Part shown: positions 28,100 to 37,221 of the stretch, in pieces
Layout: every line of letters begins with the position of its first letter
Numbering within the stretch: the first letter of the stretch is position 1
Source of the DNA: an uncultured virus (IMG/VR IMGVR_UViG_3300050821_007029)
Taxonomy: Duplodnaviria > Heunggongvirae > Uroviricota > Caudoviricetes
DNA length: 61,390 bases
Strand: one strand, 5' to 3'
IMG/VR virus record: IMGVR_UViG_3300050821_007029
The notes under the pieces: generated by a model
What the model saw: the letters and a program-made list of their open reading frames with translations, nothing else
Database searches by the model: none
Told to the model about the DNA's origin: nothing
Program-made: the position numbers and the translations under genes

Positions 28100-28579
28100 T
28101 CAGGGGATGACGAGGCCGGTGCTGGGGAGCTTCGTGACGGCGAAGTCGATGGTGCATTTGCCGGGGTCGTCGACGGTGGTGTCCATCGCCTGGGTGATGA
28201 CCGTCACCGGGAAAACGTCCATCCGCAGACCCGACACGTCCCCTTCCCACAGCAGCACGATGAACCCCGCCGTGCCCCTGGTCAGCAGCGACCGCACGTC
28301 CACGCTGTTCGCGGAGATGTAGAAGTCGATCGAGTTGTTCGCCGCGGTCTGCCGCCCCGGCACCTGGCTGGTGAACGGCGACCCCATGTCGGGAGTGTCG
28401 ACCGTCGCGCCAGCGAGGGAGAACCCGGTCATGGTGTCGATCTCAGCGGAAAGGTCAGTGCCCGCGTCAAGCTCCGCCCGGGTCGGCGCCGACGGCGCGC
28501 CGATCGACGGGCAGAAATACACCTTCCGCGTGCCAGGGGGAAAGTACCTTATTGTCGGGCTTAGTGGGGTCGCTACCAC
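28100..28579 (-). CDS. major tail tube protein
   Basis: APTRAELDAGTDLS..I..MTGF...VDTPD...FTSQVPGR...MDVFPV, typical of actinophage tail tubes. Confidence 0.85.
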   Translation of the reverse strand: MVATPLSPTIRYFPPGTRKVYFCPSIGAPSAPTRAELDAGTDLSAEIDTMTGFSLAGATVDTPDMGSPFTSQVPGRQTAANNSIDFYISANSVDVRSLLTRGTAGFIVLLWEGDVSGLRMDVFPVTVITQAMDTTVDDPGKCTIDFAVTKLPSTGLVIP

Positions 28580-28627
28580 GACTCACCCCTCCATCTTGCG
28601 CCATTCCACAGCACTTGTCCCGCACTG

Positions 28628-28790
28628 TTACCAGGCGTCATTCTCGGCGTCTTGCTGCAGGTCATGGTCGAGGCGGCACACCGGTCCGCGTCCCTTGCTG
28701 GTGTTGCACGGCCCGCACAAAACCTGGTAGCCAGCACTCCATTGCGGTCAGGCCCCGGGGAACGCTGTACAAGCAGCGTCCGGGGCCGAT
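28628..28790 (-). pseudogene. remnant of an HNH endonuclease gene
   Basis: One minus frame reads GYQVLCGPCNTSKGRGPVCRLDH...*, with an in-frame stop just upstream and no start codon. Confidence 0.6.
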
Positions 28791-29006
28791 TCATGTCTTC
28801 TCCTGGTTGGTGACGGCGCCCTTGGCCACCCTGCGGGGCGCCAGTGTTTCCTCACCGGCTCCAGCAGCCGGTTCGGCGCTGGGTGTCACCGGATGGTCTT
28901 TGACCCACTCGGCCCGCGCCACCCACCCTGACCGGCTCAGATGAGCGAGCTGGTCGTCGCTCATGTCCAGGGCGACGTCCAGGTCCGGGTGGTAGGCGAG
29001 AACCAT
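28791..29006 (-). CDS. hypothetical protein
   Basis: 71 aa, co-oriented in the structural operon. Confidence 0.6.
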   Translation of the reverse strand: MVLAYHPDLDVALDMSDDQLAHLSRSGWVARAEWVKDHPVTPSAEPAAGAGEETLAPRRVAKGAVTNQEKT

Positions 29007-29007
29007 G

Positions 29008-29346
29008 TCAGGGGATCCGGATCATCGCGACGGTGACCTGGCCCACGACCGAATACTGCACGCCGGTCGCGGCGGTCCCGTACACCGACGGCGGCAGCGG
29101 GATGATCGAGATCCCCGGCACCGCCCCCGAGATCGCCGGCACCGTCACGACGCGGGAGCCGATGGCCAGGTTGTCGTACAGGGGGTTGATCGGCAGCGTC
29201 ACGGTGACGGCGGTGCCGCCGTTGTTGACGACCATCAGCCCCCAGCCCTGCCCGGTGGGAGCCAGGTCACCCGCCGTGCCGCCCGGCGCGGTCAGTGTGA
29301 CGGCCGCGCCGGCGTGCGGTGGCGCCTGGATCGTGTAGGTGGTCAT
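29008..29346 (-). CDS. putative virion structural protein
   Basis: Beta-rich 112 aa (LMVVNNGGTAVTVT); GAGGGG RBS. Confidence 0.65.
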   Translation of the reverse strand: MTTYTIQAPPHAGAAVTLTAPGGTAGDLAPTGQGWGLMVVNNGGTAVTVTLPINPLYDNLAIGSRVVTVPAISGAVPGISIIPLPPSVYGTAATGVQYSVVGQVTVAMIRIP

Positions 29347-29453
29347 GTCAGGAAGCCCCTCACTGCTCGGCTACCTCGCAGATTACAGCCAGCCACAGCG
29401 GTTAACACTGGCAGGCGCGCGAAACACCCGCATCAGATGTCACAGGAGGATGG

Positions 29454-29990
29454 CTACTGCTGGCTGGTCGCGACACATTCGACGGTGAAAGTGACGATCG
29501 CCAGCACCCCACGCCGGTCCTGCACCTGATGCAGCTGCCCATGCGCCGACATGGTGGACTTCATCACCACCCCGCCGAGGGTGTGGTTCGGCGGGGTGAT
29601 CGCCGCGCCCGCCAGTCCCATCAGCTGATACGCGCGGGCCCGCGCGACCGGTGGACCGCCCTGCGTCGACCCCGCCGCGCCAGTGCCCCCCGTGCGGGAC
29701 ATCGCTGAGCAGTCGATGGTCATCGTCTCCAGCAGCGACGGCCCCAGGCCCTGCTGAACCGTCTCCACCACCACGTCCGGCTGGGCGAGCTGCTCACTGA
29801 GCTCACGCGACGGCGAGCGGCTCGACGTGGGGAAGCCGCCCCAGCCGACGACCACCACGTCCTCAAGGGATTCCGTCGAAACCTGCGGTCCGTCCCACGC
29901 CAGGACGTCCACACCAGTCATGGCCGTCTTGAACGCCGCCACCAGCGCCGTGATCGCCAGCGGGACTCTCGGGCTCCAGGGAACGAGCAT
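29454..29990 (-). CDS. putative tail terminator/head-tail completion protein
   Basis: Position between the adaptor and the tail tube; WDGP...VVVVGW...ARARAY motif pattern. Confidence 0.6.
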   Translation of the reverse strand: MLVPWSPRVPLAITALVAAFKTAMTGVDVLAWDGPQVSTESLEDVVVVGWGGFPTSSRSPSRELSEQLAQPDVVVETVQQGLGPSLLETMTIDCSAMSRTGGTGAAGSTQGGPPVARARAYQLMGLAGAAITPPNHTLGGVVMKSTMSAHGQLHQVQDRRGVLAIVTFTVECVATSQQ

Positions 29991-29994
29991 CCGT

Positions 29995-30828
29995 TCAGGC
30001 CACCACTGGCCTGGGCGGTCCGAGAATCTCGGTCACCTTGCGGGGGAAACTCGAATAGTGCTTGAAGTCGCCCAATTCCTCCGGGCCAATGACTCCGCCG
30101 ACTCCGCCGACTCCGCGCCGCATTTCCCACACGTGCTGGAAAAGGGCTCTTGCGCCCATGACGTAGTGATAGGGAATGACCTGGTAGCCGGCCTGGTATA
30201 GCCAGCACGTCACGCCGGTGATCGGCGGTCCCACGGAGACGCGGACGAGGCCGGTGTCGTTCTGCAGGTCGAGGTTGGCGGTGTTCCACACGATGGTCCC
30301 GTCCACGGACCTGACTGAGATGAGCCGCATCACGGGGACATGCCACAGTCTCACGTGGTGGAACGTGGGCCACCGGTCCCACAGGCCGGTGCCGTAGACG
30401 TGTTCCTCGGTGAACGTGGTGGGGACGATCGTCTCGTGGAGGTAGTTGCCGATCATCGCGGTGACGCCGGCCATCATCTCGCGGAGCTCGTCGTCGTCGT
30501 CGGTGTAGTCGGGTGCCATGCCGAGGGCCCGTTTGATCGACGCCAGGGAAATGATCGACGGTGGGCTGGCTTCGGCGACGTCGAACACGTCGGTGTAGGC
30601 GGTGATGGGGCCGGTGGTGGCCCATTGGACGGCGTGGCGGCCCGCCTGGGTGGTCTGGTAGGCGCACTGGTACTGGCCGGTCACCGCGGGTGGGTTCGCG
30701 ACCGCGGGGCTGGCGGTGGTGCCGTCGGGGAGGGTGATGGTCAGGGTGATGGTGGACGCGTTGGTGGGGGCGCCGGTCTGGTCGGCGACGTTGATGGCGA
30801 GCGGCACGTCGCTGCCGAGGTCGATCAT
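29995..30828 (-). CDS. head-to-tail adaptor with an N-terminal Ig-like domain
   Basis: IISLASIKRALG...DDDELR...YQAGY...FQHVWE, gp6/gp15-like. N-terminal ITLTITLPDGT beta domain. Confidence 0.75.
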   Translation of the reverse strand: MIDLGSDVPLAINVADQTGAPTNASTITLTITLPDGTTASPAVANPPAVTGQYQCAYQTTQAGRHAVQWATTGPITAYTDVFDVAEASPPSIISLASIKRALGMAPDYTDDDDELREMMAGVTAMIGNYLHETIVPTTFTEEHVYGTGLWDRWPTFHHVRLWHVPVMRLISVRSVDGTIVWNTANLDLQNDTGLVRVSVGPPITGVTCWLYQAGYQVIPYHYVMGARALFQHVWEMRRGVGGVGGVIGPEELGDFKHYSSFPRKVTEILGPPRPVVA

Positions 30829-30832
30829 CGTG

Positions 30833-32644
30833 TTAGCCTCCTGTCGCGGCCGCCACGGCCATTATCCCCGCCGTGGCGTGTGGGGCGCCGGTGGCCGCGC
30901 CCGGGCTGGCCGCGGGGGTGAGCATCGTCCCGGCGCTGACCCGCCCCGGGGTGGGCCGCACGATCACCAGGGGCGTCGCGGTGAGCGTCCCGAGGCCGGT
31001 TAGGGCCGCGGCGCCTTCGGTGAGTTCTTCACCCGCGCTGGTGAGCGTCCCAGCGCCGGTGAGCGTGGAGGTGGCGAGCTGCGTGGAGGTGGGGCTAAGG
31101 CTGGCACCGCCGGTGAGGCTGGTGCCGGAGCCCACGGCGGCGCCGCTGGTGACCTCACCGGCGCCGGTGAGGTGCGCCGGTGGTATCAGGGCGGCTGGGG
31201 CGCTTAGCGTCCCAGCGCCCGTAAGCGTGGCTGGGGCTGCTTCAGTGACCGTGGTGGTGAGCGCTCCAGCGCCGGTGAGGTGCGCGGGTGCGTCTTCGGT
31301 CACCGCCGGCGCGGTGACGGTGCCAGCGCCGGTCATGGTGGCGGACTCGCCAGCGTCGGCGGTGAGGCTGCTGGCGCCGGTCAGGGTGGCGCCCGCGGTC
31401 GTTTCCCCCGGCGCGGTGAGTGTCCCAGCGCCGGTGAGCGCCGCCGCGGGTTCAGTGACGTCGGGTGCCGTGAGCGTGCCAGCGCCGGTGAGTGTGGCGG
31501 GTGACGCGGTGGTGCTCGCCGGCGACGTGAGGCTGCCGGACCCTGTGAGGCCCGCGCCGGAGCCCGTGCCCGGCGCGCCCGTGAGGGTCCCAGCGCCTGT
31601 GAGGGCGGTAGCGGTGCCCGCGTCCTGGGCGCCGGGCGCGGTAATGGTCCCGGAGCCTGTGAGTGTGGCGCCGGCGTCTTCCTGGAAGGCGCCCGTGAGC
31701 GTCCCGGAGCCGGCCAGGGCCGTGGACGTGCCGGCGTCCTGGGTGATACCCGAGTCGGACAGGCTCCCCGCGCCTGTCAGGGTGGTTGACGTGCCGGCGT
31801 CCTGCGTGGCTGGCGCCGTCAGTGTCCCAGCGCCTGTCAGCGACGCGGGGGCGTCTTCCTGAGCCGCGGTGCTGAGTGTGCCCGCGCCGGTCAGGGTGGT
31901 TGAGGTTCCCGCGTCATGGACGGCGCCCGCGTCGGTCAGGGAGCCGGCGCCGGTCAGGGTGGCGCCTGGCACGGGCCCGATGTAGCCGGCGGTGGAAATC
32001 GCGGGGGAGCCGAGCCAGTAGGGGCCGATGCCGGAGGTGCCGGTGTCGGGGCCGTAGCTGTAGTTCTGGATAGTTCCGGTCAGCGTGGCCTGCGACGCGG
32101 CGCTTGTCTTCGTCTCGTCCGGCGTGGCCTCGTCCATCGCCGTGGTGAACAGCTTGAACTCCGTCTGTCCCACGGTGGCGCTCATCAGCGCCATACCTTC
32201 GGCCCGGAACCACTGGTTCGTGGGGACGGTGGTGGTTGACGTCTGGATGACTGACCCGGCGTCGTTCTGCGACTGGACCTTCCCCGCCGTCGTGATTACG
32301 AAGCGGGCGAGGCCCGTGCCGCCCGTGTTGGACACGGTGAAGAACCGCAGCGTTCCCCCAGGCAGCGCCGTCAGGTACAGGTAACACCTGAACCACACCT
32401 GCGCCGGGGTCCCGAGGGAGGTGCTCCACGACAAGCCCACGCCAGCGGCGGTGGCGGTGGCCATCTTGCACGACAACGGCCCATGGTCGACGTGGGTGTT
32501 GTCGAAGACACACGTGCCACCAGAGCCGATGGTGACGGTGTCCCAGAAGTTCCCCGAGTTCCCGCCGCTGTTCCCGCCAGACCCGGCGGTGATGGTGGTG
32601 CCGTTCGTCCCGGCCTGGAAGGTGTTGAGGAGAAACGTCGCCAC
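30833..32644 (-). CDS. virion-associated protein with a lectin-like N-terminus and about 20 LTGAG(T/S)LT repeats
   Basis: N-terminal beta-sandwich-like part (VWFRCYLYL, NQWFRAE), then a Thr/Gly/Ala-rich repeat array. Confidence 0.75.
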   Translation of the reverse strand: MATFLLNTFQAGTNGTTITAGSGGNSGGNSGNFWDTVTIGSGGTCVFDNTHVDHGPLSCKMATATAAGVGLSWSTSLGTPAQVWFRCYLYLTALPGGTLRFFTVSNTGGTGLARFVITTAGKVQSQNDAGSVIQTSTTTVPTNQWFRAEGMALMSATVGQTEFKLFTTAMDEATPDETKTSAASQATLTGTIQNYSYGPDTGTSGIGPYWLGSPAISTAGYIGPVPGATLTGAGSLTDAGAVHDAGTSTTLTGAGTLSTAAQEDAPASLTGAGTLTAPATQDAGTSTTLTGAGSLSDSGITQDAGTSTALAGSGTLTGAFQEDAGATLTGSGTITAPGAQDAGTATALTGAGTLTGAPGTGSGAGLTGSGSLTSPASTTASPATLTGAGTLTAPDVTEPAAALTGAGTLTAPGETTAGATLTGASSLTADAGESATMTGAGTVTAPAVTEDAPAHLTGAGALTTTVTEAAPATLTGAGTLSAPAALIPPAHLTGAGEVTSGAAVGSGTSLTGGASLSPTSTQLATSTLTGAGTLTSAGEELTEGAAALTGLGTLTATPLVIVRPTPGRVSAGTMLTPAASPGAATGAPHATAGIMAVAAATGG

Positions 32645-32692
32645 AGGCGTGCTCCCCTCAGCCCGCCGGGCGTCAGGCGGCGGCTGGCGGGC

Positions 32693-33640
32693 TCACAGAT
32701 CCGTGTGGCCGACGTTACGCGACCCGCAGTCCAGGCACACCGCCGCCACACCAGTCCCATGCTGCCCCGACCGCAACTGCAGATTCCCCTCCGCGTTGTC
32801 CGCCTTGTCACCGTTCTTGTGATGCACCGTCTCGCTGCGCTTCAGCGGCCGCCCGAGCTTCCGCGCCATCACCAGGCGGTGCTCCAGCACGTAGCCGTTG
32901 CTTGAGGGGGTGATCAGATGAGCGTCAGCAGGGTCGCGTTTCACACGGACGTACCCCTCGCCAGTGATGCTGCGTCCACCGTTCCAAGATGGATGATCGC
33001 GTCCTTTCCTAACTGGCCCCCGCGTCACCACGCCCGCCTCACGCAGCACGTTGGACAGAGCGCCCTGGCTGCAGCCAAGCGATGTGGCTATCTGCTTTTG
33101 ACTCTCACCTCCGGCGTATCTCCGCACGGCCTCACGCCTTCGCTCGTCAGTCCAGAACCTGGAAACCCCAGGTGGCCGCAGTTCCACGCCCCGGCGCACC
33201 AGGTAGCTGCGGACGGTCACATGGTTTCCTATGCCAAAACGCGCGGCCAGCTGGGGCAGGGTGAGGCCATCGGCGTAACCCGCTACGAGCTGATCCACGG
33301 TGTCCTCGCCGAGCAGGGGGGTCTTTCCCTGGTGACGGCGCGGGACGTCGGCCTCATCAAGAGCGGCGATTATGTAGCGGGCGCTCACGTGCAGCCGTTC
33401 AGCGAGACGTCGGATGGACTCGCCCGCCTTGTACGCGGCGACTACTTCCGCCTTCTGGTCTGGGCTGCCGGTCCAGTTGTGAGTGCCGCCCGCCCGCATC
33501 GTGACATCCTGGCGTTTCAGGGCCCGGGCGACGGGACTGGTGGATACGCCGAGAAGCGCGGCGATCTGAGTGAGGGTCAGGCCTGTCCGGTAGAGGGCCG
33601 CGATGCGCTGGTCATGTTCCTTCGTAAAGTGTCTAGTCAC
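32693..33640 (-). CDS. HNH homing endonuclease with three to four N-terminal HTH repeats
   Basis: YVLEHRLVMARKLGRPL...VHHKNGDKADN..NLQL. TGGTAGAAT -10 lies 7 nt before the GTG (leaderless). Confidence 0.9.
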   Translation of the reverse strand: MTRHFTKEHDQRIAALYRTGLTLTQIAALLGVSTSPVARALKRQDVTMRAGGTHNWTGSPDQKAEVVAAYKAGESIRRLAERLHVSARYIIAALDEADVPRRHQGKTPLLGEDTVDQLVAGYADGLTLPQLAARFGIGNHVTVRSYLVRRGVELRPPGVSRFWTDERRREAVRRYAGGESQKQIATSLGCSQGALSNVLREAGVVTRGPVRKGRDHPSWNGGRSITGEGYVRVKRDPADAHLITPSSNGYVLEHRLVMARKLGRPLKRSETVHHKNGDKADNAEGNLQLRSGQHGTGVAAVCLDCGSRNVGHTDL

Positions 33641-33668
33641 ATGTTACATTCTACCAGACACACAGTAA

Positions 33669-34097
33669 CTATGAGTCCGCGGCTGTCACTGCGTTCGCCG
33701 AGGCCTGGAACGTGTTGCCGTTGGCGATCGCGATGGGCTGGCCGTTCCAGTTCCCGAACCACGACCGGGTCTGGGCGTTGTCGGTGATGTCGAGCGACAC
33801 GATCGACCAGCCACCGCCCGCTGAGCACGCCCACGACGTGTTCGCCGCCGGCAGCGTCACCGAACTCCCCGCCGACGACGCCGACGACGCGCCCAGGAGG
33901 GTTCCGTTGGTGGTGTAGCCGGAGCCGTTGGCGATCTGGGTGCCTGACGCTGACGCCGTCGACGCGGTGGAGTTGAGCCGGATGTACATCGCCCCGGCGG
34001 TGCTCATCGCCGTCCACGTGGTGGGTTTCCCGCCGGTCGCGGTCGGGAGGGTGGCGTTGAGGATGTTGGAGACCATCGTAGCGTCTTTGGCAGCCAC
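33669..34097 (-). CDS. putative virion structural/fibre-associated protein
   Basis: MYIRL....GTQIANGSGY...IANGNTFQ pattern, common in actinophage structural regions; purine-rich RBS before GTG 34097. Confidence 0.65.
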   Translation of the reverse strand: MAAKDATMVSNILNATLPTATGGKPTTWTAMSTAGAMYIRLNSTASTASASGTQIANGSGYTTNGTLLGASSASSAGSSVTLPAANTSWACSAGGGWSIVSLDITDNAQTRSWFGNWNGQPIAIANGNTFQASANAVTAADS

Positions 34098-34124
34098 GTT
34101 ATCTTCCCCCCGCTGGAGGCTCAT

Positions 34125-34808
34125 GTGACAGTGAACGTTGACGGCTGCTCTGTGTGCGGGGCGCCAGCGCGTGCCCGGGGATTCTGCCAGACGCACTACC
34201 ACCGGTGGTACATCCATGGCGACCCGCTGACCACCAAGCGGATCCTGGGCAATGACCGAGCCCGCTTTGAATCAAAAGTAGATCGGACAGGTGGGCTCGC
34301 CGCCTGCCATCCGTGGCTGGGCGCCCGCCAAACCGGCGGGTGGGGGTATTTCTGGCTCGGCGACCGGATGAGGTCCGCGCATACGGTCGCCTGGCAGTTC
34401 GCCCACGGCCCTGTCCCGGCAGGCCAGGAGCTGGATCATGAGTGCCACAACCGAGCGATGAATGCAGGTGCTTGCTTCCCGGGTGTCTGTCCCCACCGGC
34501 TTTGCTGTAACGACCTCCATCTGGCACCCAAGACCCGCCAGCAGCACATGGCTGACACTCACCCATGGCCGCACGCCAGGGGTGAGCAGCATGGCCTGGC
34601 GAAACTCACCTGGGCCCAGATACCGGAGATCCACGCGCTCCTGCGGGACGGCGAGTTGTCCCTCTCGGCCATCGGACGCCAGTTCGGCGTTGGACACGGG
34701 GCCATCAGCGCGATCAGGGACGGCCGTACCTGGCGCCTTGATTTGGGACCGCTGATCACCGATCAGCCTCCACTGGGCGCAGCACCGTGTACCCCGGCAC
34801 CAGGCTGA
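34125..34808 (+). CDS. HNH/His-Me homing endonuclease inserted against the operon direction
   Basis: CSVC...GFCQTHYHRW, CHPWLG, AHTVAW...ELDHECHN...CCND.HL, RGEQHGLAKLT plus HTH. Confidence 0.85.
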   Translation: MTVNVDGCSVCGAPARARGFCQTHYHRWYIHGDPLTTKRILGNDRARFESKVDRTGGLAACHPWLGARQTGGWGYFWLGDRMRSAHTVAWQFAHGPVPAGQELDHECHNRAMNAGACFPGVCPHRLCCNDLHLAPKTRQQHMADTHPWPHARGEQHGLAKLTWAQIPEIHALLRDGELSLSAIGRQFGVGHGAISAIRDGRTWRLDLGPLITDQPPLGAAPCTPAPG

Positions 34809-35223
34809 TCGTCACCGGGCGGCACACCGCGCAGCCTTCGACACCCTTCGCGTGGTGCCCGCCGGGGCAGCCATCGCCGTGCGCGGGGCACGCGGTGTGC
34901 TGGCCGGCGGCGTGCGCGTCCGGGTCACAGCTGATGCCCGTGCCGGGGCCGCCTTTCCCGGGGCCCGAGCGGAACGTGGGGCACGCCAGCGGATCCGGAT
35001 GCGGGCATGGCTGGCCGGTGTGGTCCACGGCGCAGGCGTTCGCGGCCTGGTCGTGGCTGTGCGGTTTCTGGCAGCATCCCGAATCGGGTGGGCAGGTGAC
35101 CTGCGCGCCGAGGTCCAGCATTGGGCAGTCGGCGACATGTGCGGGAACGTTGGCCATCTCGGGTGGGCACGCGCAGCCGGTGATGGTTTCCGCGCCGCAG
35201 CCGTCGCAGCGGACGATGAACAT
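34756..35223 (-). CDS. Cys/His-rich putative metal-binding protein
   Basis: MFIVRCDGCG...CAC...GCC...CPHP...CPGGHH...CAVC; GAGGA RBS. Confidence 0.6.
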   Translation of the reverse strand: MFIVRCDGCGAETITGCACPPEMANVPAHVADCPMLDLGAQVTCPPDSGCCQKPHSHDQAANACAVDHTGQPCPHPDPLACPTFRSGPGKGGPGTGISCDPDAHAAGQHTACPAHGDGCPGGHHAKGVEGCAVCRPVTISLVPGYTVLRPVEADR

Positions 35224-35227
35224 GGGG

Positions 35228-35569
35228 TCAGGTCCTCGTGACGGGGCCGCGGGTGCGTGCGCCGCCCTGGTCGGCGCGGACCGGGGACCGCGGCGCGCTG
35301 GGGTCAGCCTTCGCGGCCGCCGCCTTGGCTTCAGCCGCGGCCTTGTCCTCGGCTTCCTTCTCCCCGCGCGGATCCGCCTTCGTGTCCACGGTGGGGGGCA
35401 GGTCGTAGTGGACACGCAGCGGCTCGAAACACTCCGAATGCGCCAGCGCGATCGGGTGCCCGGCGCGGACGACGGTCTGCCCGGCGTTGATGAACACCGG
35501 CTGCCCCTCGTAGTCGAACGTCGCGGACTCCTTCGCCATCAGCAGGCCCGGTTCGCGTCCCTCCATCAC
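35228..35569 (-). CDS. hypothetical head-associated protein
   Basis: 113 aa; VRAGHP motif with an Ala/Lys-rich tail. True start may be the internal ATG. Confidence 0.6.
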   Translation of the reverse strand: MMEGREPGLLMAKESATFDYEGQPVFINAGQTVVRAGHPIALAHSECFEPLRVHYDLPPTVDTKADPRGEKEAEDKAAAEAKAAAAKADPSAPRSPVRADQGGARTRGPVTRT

Positions 35570-36246
35570 GGTGTCCCTTCATCGGTGGGCGCGTGCGCCT
35601 TGATCCACCCATGCTGACGCCAGAAATGGCCGCCGGGTGTGTAGTGCGGGTGGCGGATCGTCTCGGTGCGGCACCCGGCGAGGGTGAGGATCTCCAGGCA
35701 GACGCCGTGGCCGCCGGGGGAGTGGAACTCAATCAGCCAGTCCGTCCGCCGGGCACCCAGCACCCGGGTGGCGCCACGCAGGACCTGCTCCTCGTGCCCC
35801 TCAGTGTCGACCTTGACGAACCCCGGCATCCCGAACTGGCCCGCGAGCCAGTCCATCGTCTTCGCGGTGAACGAGTCCCGCGTGATCGATGGGTCGTCCC
35901 AGTCACCGGGATCCCATTCCATGCCCTTCAGCCCAGGCGTTACGAGCTGCCCCGTCTCAGCGGGCCGTCCCGGGAGGCAGGCGAGCTCCACCTTGCCGTC
36001 ATGATCGGACACCGCGAACCGGCGGCACGTCACCCGCGGTTCTTTCGTGTAGCGGCGGACGAGCTCCGCGTAGGAATCACCGCTCGGTTCCAGCGACACG
36101 ACCTTGGAGCAGAACCTCAGCAGATCAGGGACCGACTGGCCGCAGTTCGCGCCGACGTCGAACCCGACACTGACGGGCTTGAACCCAGCCCACAGAGCAT
36201 CACGTACCTCAGCGGGATCGGTGTGCTCAAGAACCTTCACGACCAC
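35566..36246 (-). CDS. FkbM-family methyltransferase
   Basis: FDVGANCG, LEP, AVSD and VKVDTEGHE..VLRGA motifs. Confidence 0.9.
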   Translation of the reverse strand: MVVKVLEHTDPAEVRDALWAGFKPVSVGFDVGANCGQSVPDLLRFCSKVVSLEPSGDSYAELVRRYTKEPRVTCRRFAVSDHDGKVELACLPGRPAETGQLVTPGLKGMEWDPGDWDDPSITRDSFTAKTMDWLAGQFGMPGFVKVDTEGHEEQVLRGATRVLGARRTDWLIEFHSPGGHGVCLEILTLAGCRTETIRHPHYTPGGHFWRQHGWIKAHAPTDEGTP

Positions 36247-36289
36247 GAGCGTACTCGCTGAACAGGCGCATCACCCGCAACGCGCGCCG

Positions 36290-37072
36290 CTACTCCGCGA
36301 GACGGTACTCCACGTCAGCGCGGCTCTCCCTGAACGACGCGGCCTGGCTGAACGAGAAACTCCACTCGTTCGAAGCCCACCCCTCCAGCGCCCCGATATT
36401 CTGTGTGCGTGAGGCGTCGGGAACCACGCACTTAGTGCCGGTCCTGGGAAGGATCTTCGTCTCGATGCACCAATCCCAGCCGCTCGTGGTGGGGCCGCCG
36501 GAATCGACGTTCCAGTCCCAAGCGGGTTCGAGCATCATCTCCCACCGGTCTGGCCAGGTGCCCCACGTCCACGCGTTGAAGTACGGCAGGAGACGCACCG
36601 CGGCCTGGTCGGCGTCAGCGTCCTGAGCGGGTTTGTGCTCATCCCACCCCTGACCGCCCCTGGAATGGGCGCAGACGGCGAGGACGTCACGGCTGGTCTC
36701 GAACTCACCAGCCGCCCACAGCATGTAGGTGAGGGCGTCGCTGGACACGACGACGTCTTCCTCGCTGAACACCGCGAACCGGACTGCCGGGTCGGTGAAC
36801 ACCCGCGTGGCGGCCTCCCCGATAGCGCGGTGCATCCCCCGCGCGGCGACAGCCGCGGGAGAGTCGGGGATGACGTCGAGGGCGGGGATTTTCGCCGTCA
36901 TCGACCGGATCAGGGCCAGCTGCTCGTCACGTTTCGGGGACTCACCAAGGGCGATGGAGAAACGCCCGACCTGCTCGATGCCGTCAGCGGCCGCCCATGA
37001 CGCGAGGACGCGTTCGAGGTAGTAGGGGCGCCGGCACGCGGTCACGACCACGGCGATGTCGCTGAACTCCAT
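36290..37072 (-). CDS. GT-A glycosyltransferase (GT13/GnT-I-like)
   Basis: VVVTACRRPYYLERVL, FSEEDVVVSSD, WGTWPDRW, GWDW and SRTQNIG motifs. Confidence 0.8.
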   Translation of the reverse strand: MEFSDIAVVVTACRRPYYLERVLASWAAADGIEQVGRFSIALGESPKRDEQLALIRSMTAKIPALDVIPDSPAAVAARGMHRAIGEAATRVFTDPAVRFAVFSEEDVVVSSDALTYMLWAAGEFETSRDVLAVCAHSRGGQGWDEHKPAQDADADQAAVRLLPYFNAWTWGTWPDRWEMMLEPAWDWNVDSGGPTTSGWDWCIETKILPRTGTKCVVPDASRTQNIGALEGWASNEWSFSFSQAASFRESRADVEYRLAE

Positions 37073-37221
37073 CAGATGTTCTCCTCGAACGCCAGAGCGG
37101 CCGCGTACTCAGCGGCGCGGGTGGGCTGGCGTGGTGTCGTCCCGTAGGTGCGGGACACGATTATCCACCCTGCCCGGAGTCCCCGCGGCCTCATGGGTTC
37201 CATTCAGCCTGGGCGCCAGGA

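Noticed and set aside
28573..28794. 73-aa track ORF
   Set aside because: It has no recognisable features, and another frame carries an HNH remnant that explains the sequence better. Not fully excluded.
30091..30115. GACTCCGCC short tandem repeat as a contingency locus
   Set aside because: It is an in-frame 9-bp unit encoding a GVGGVGGV linker, so it cannot switch phase.
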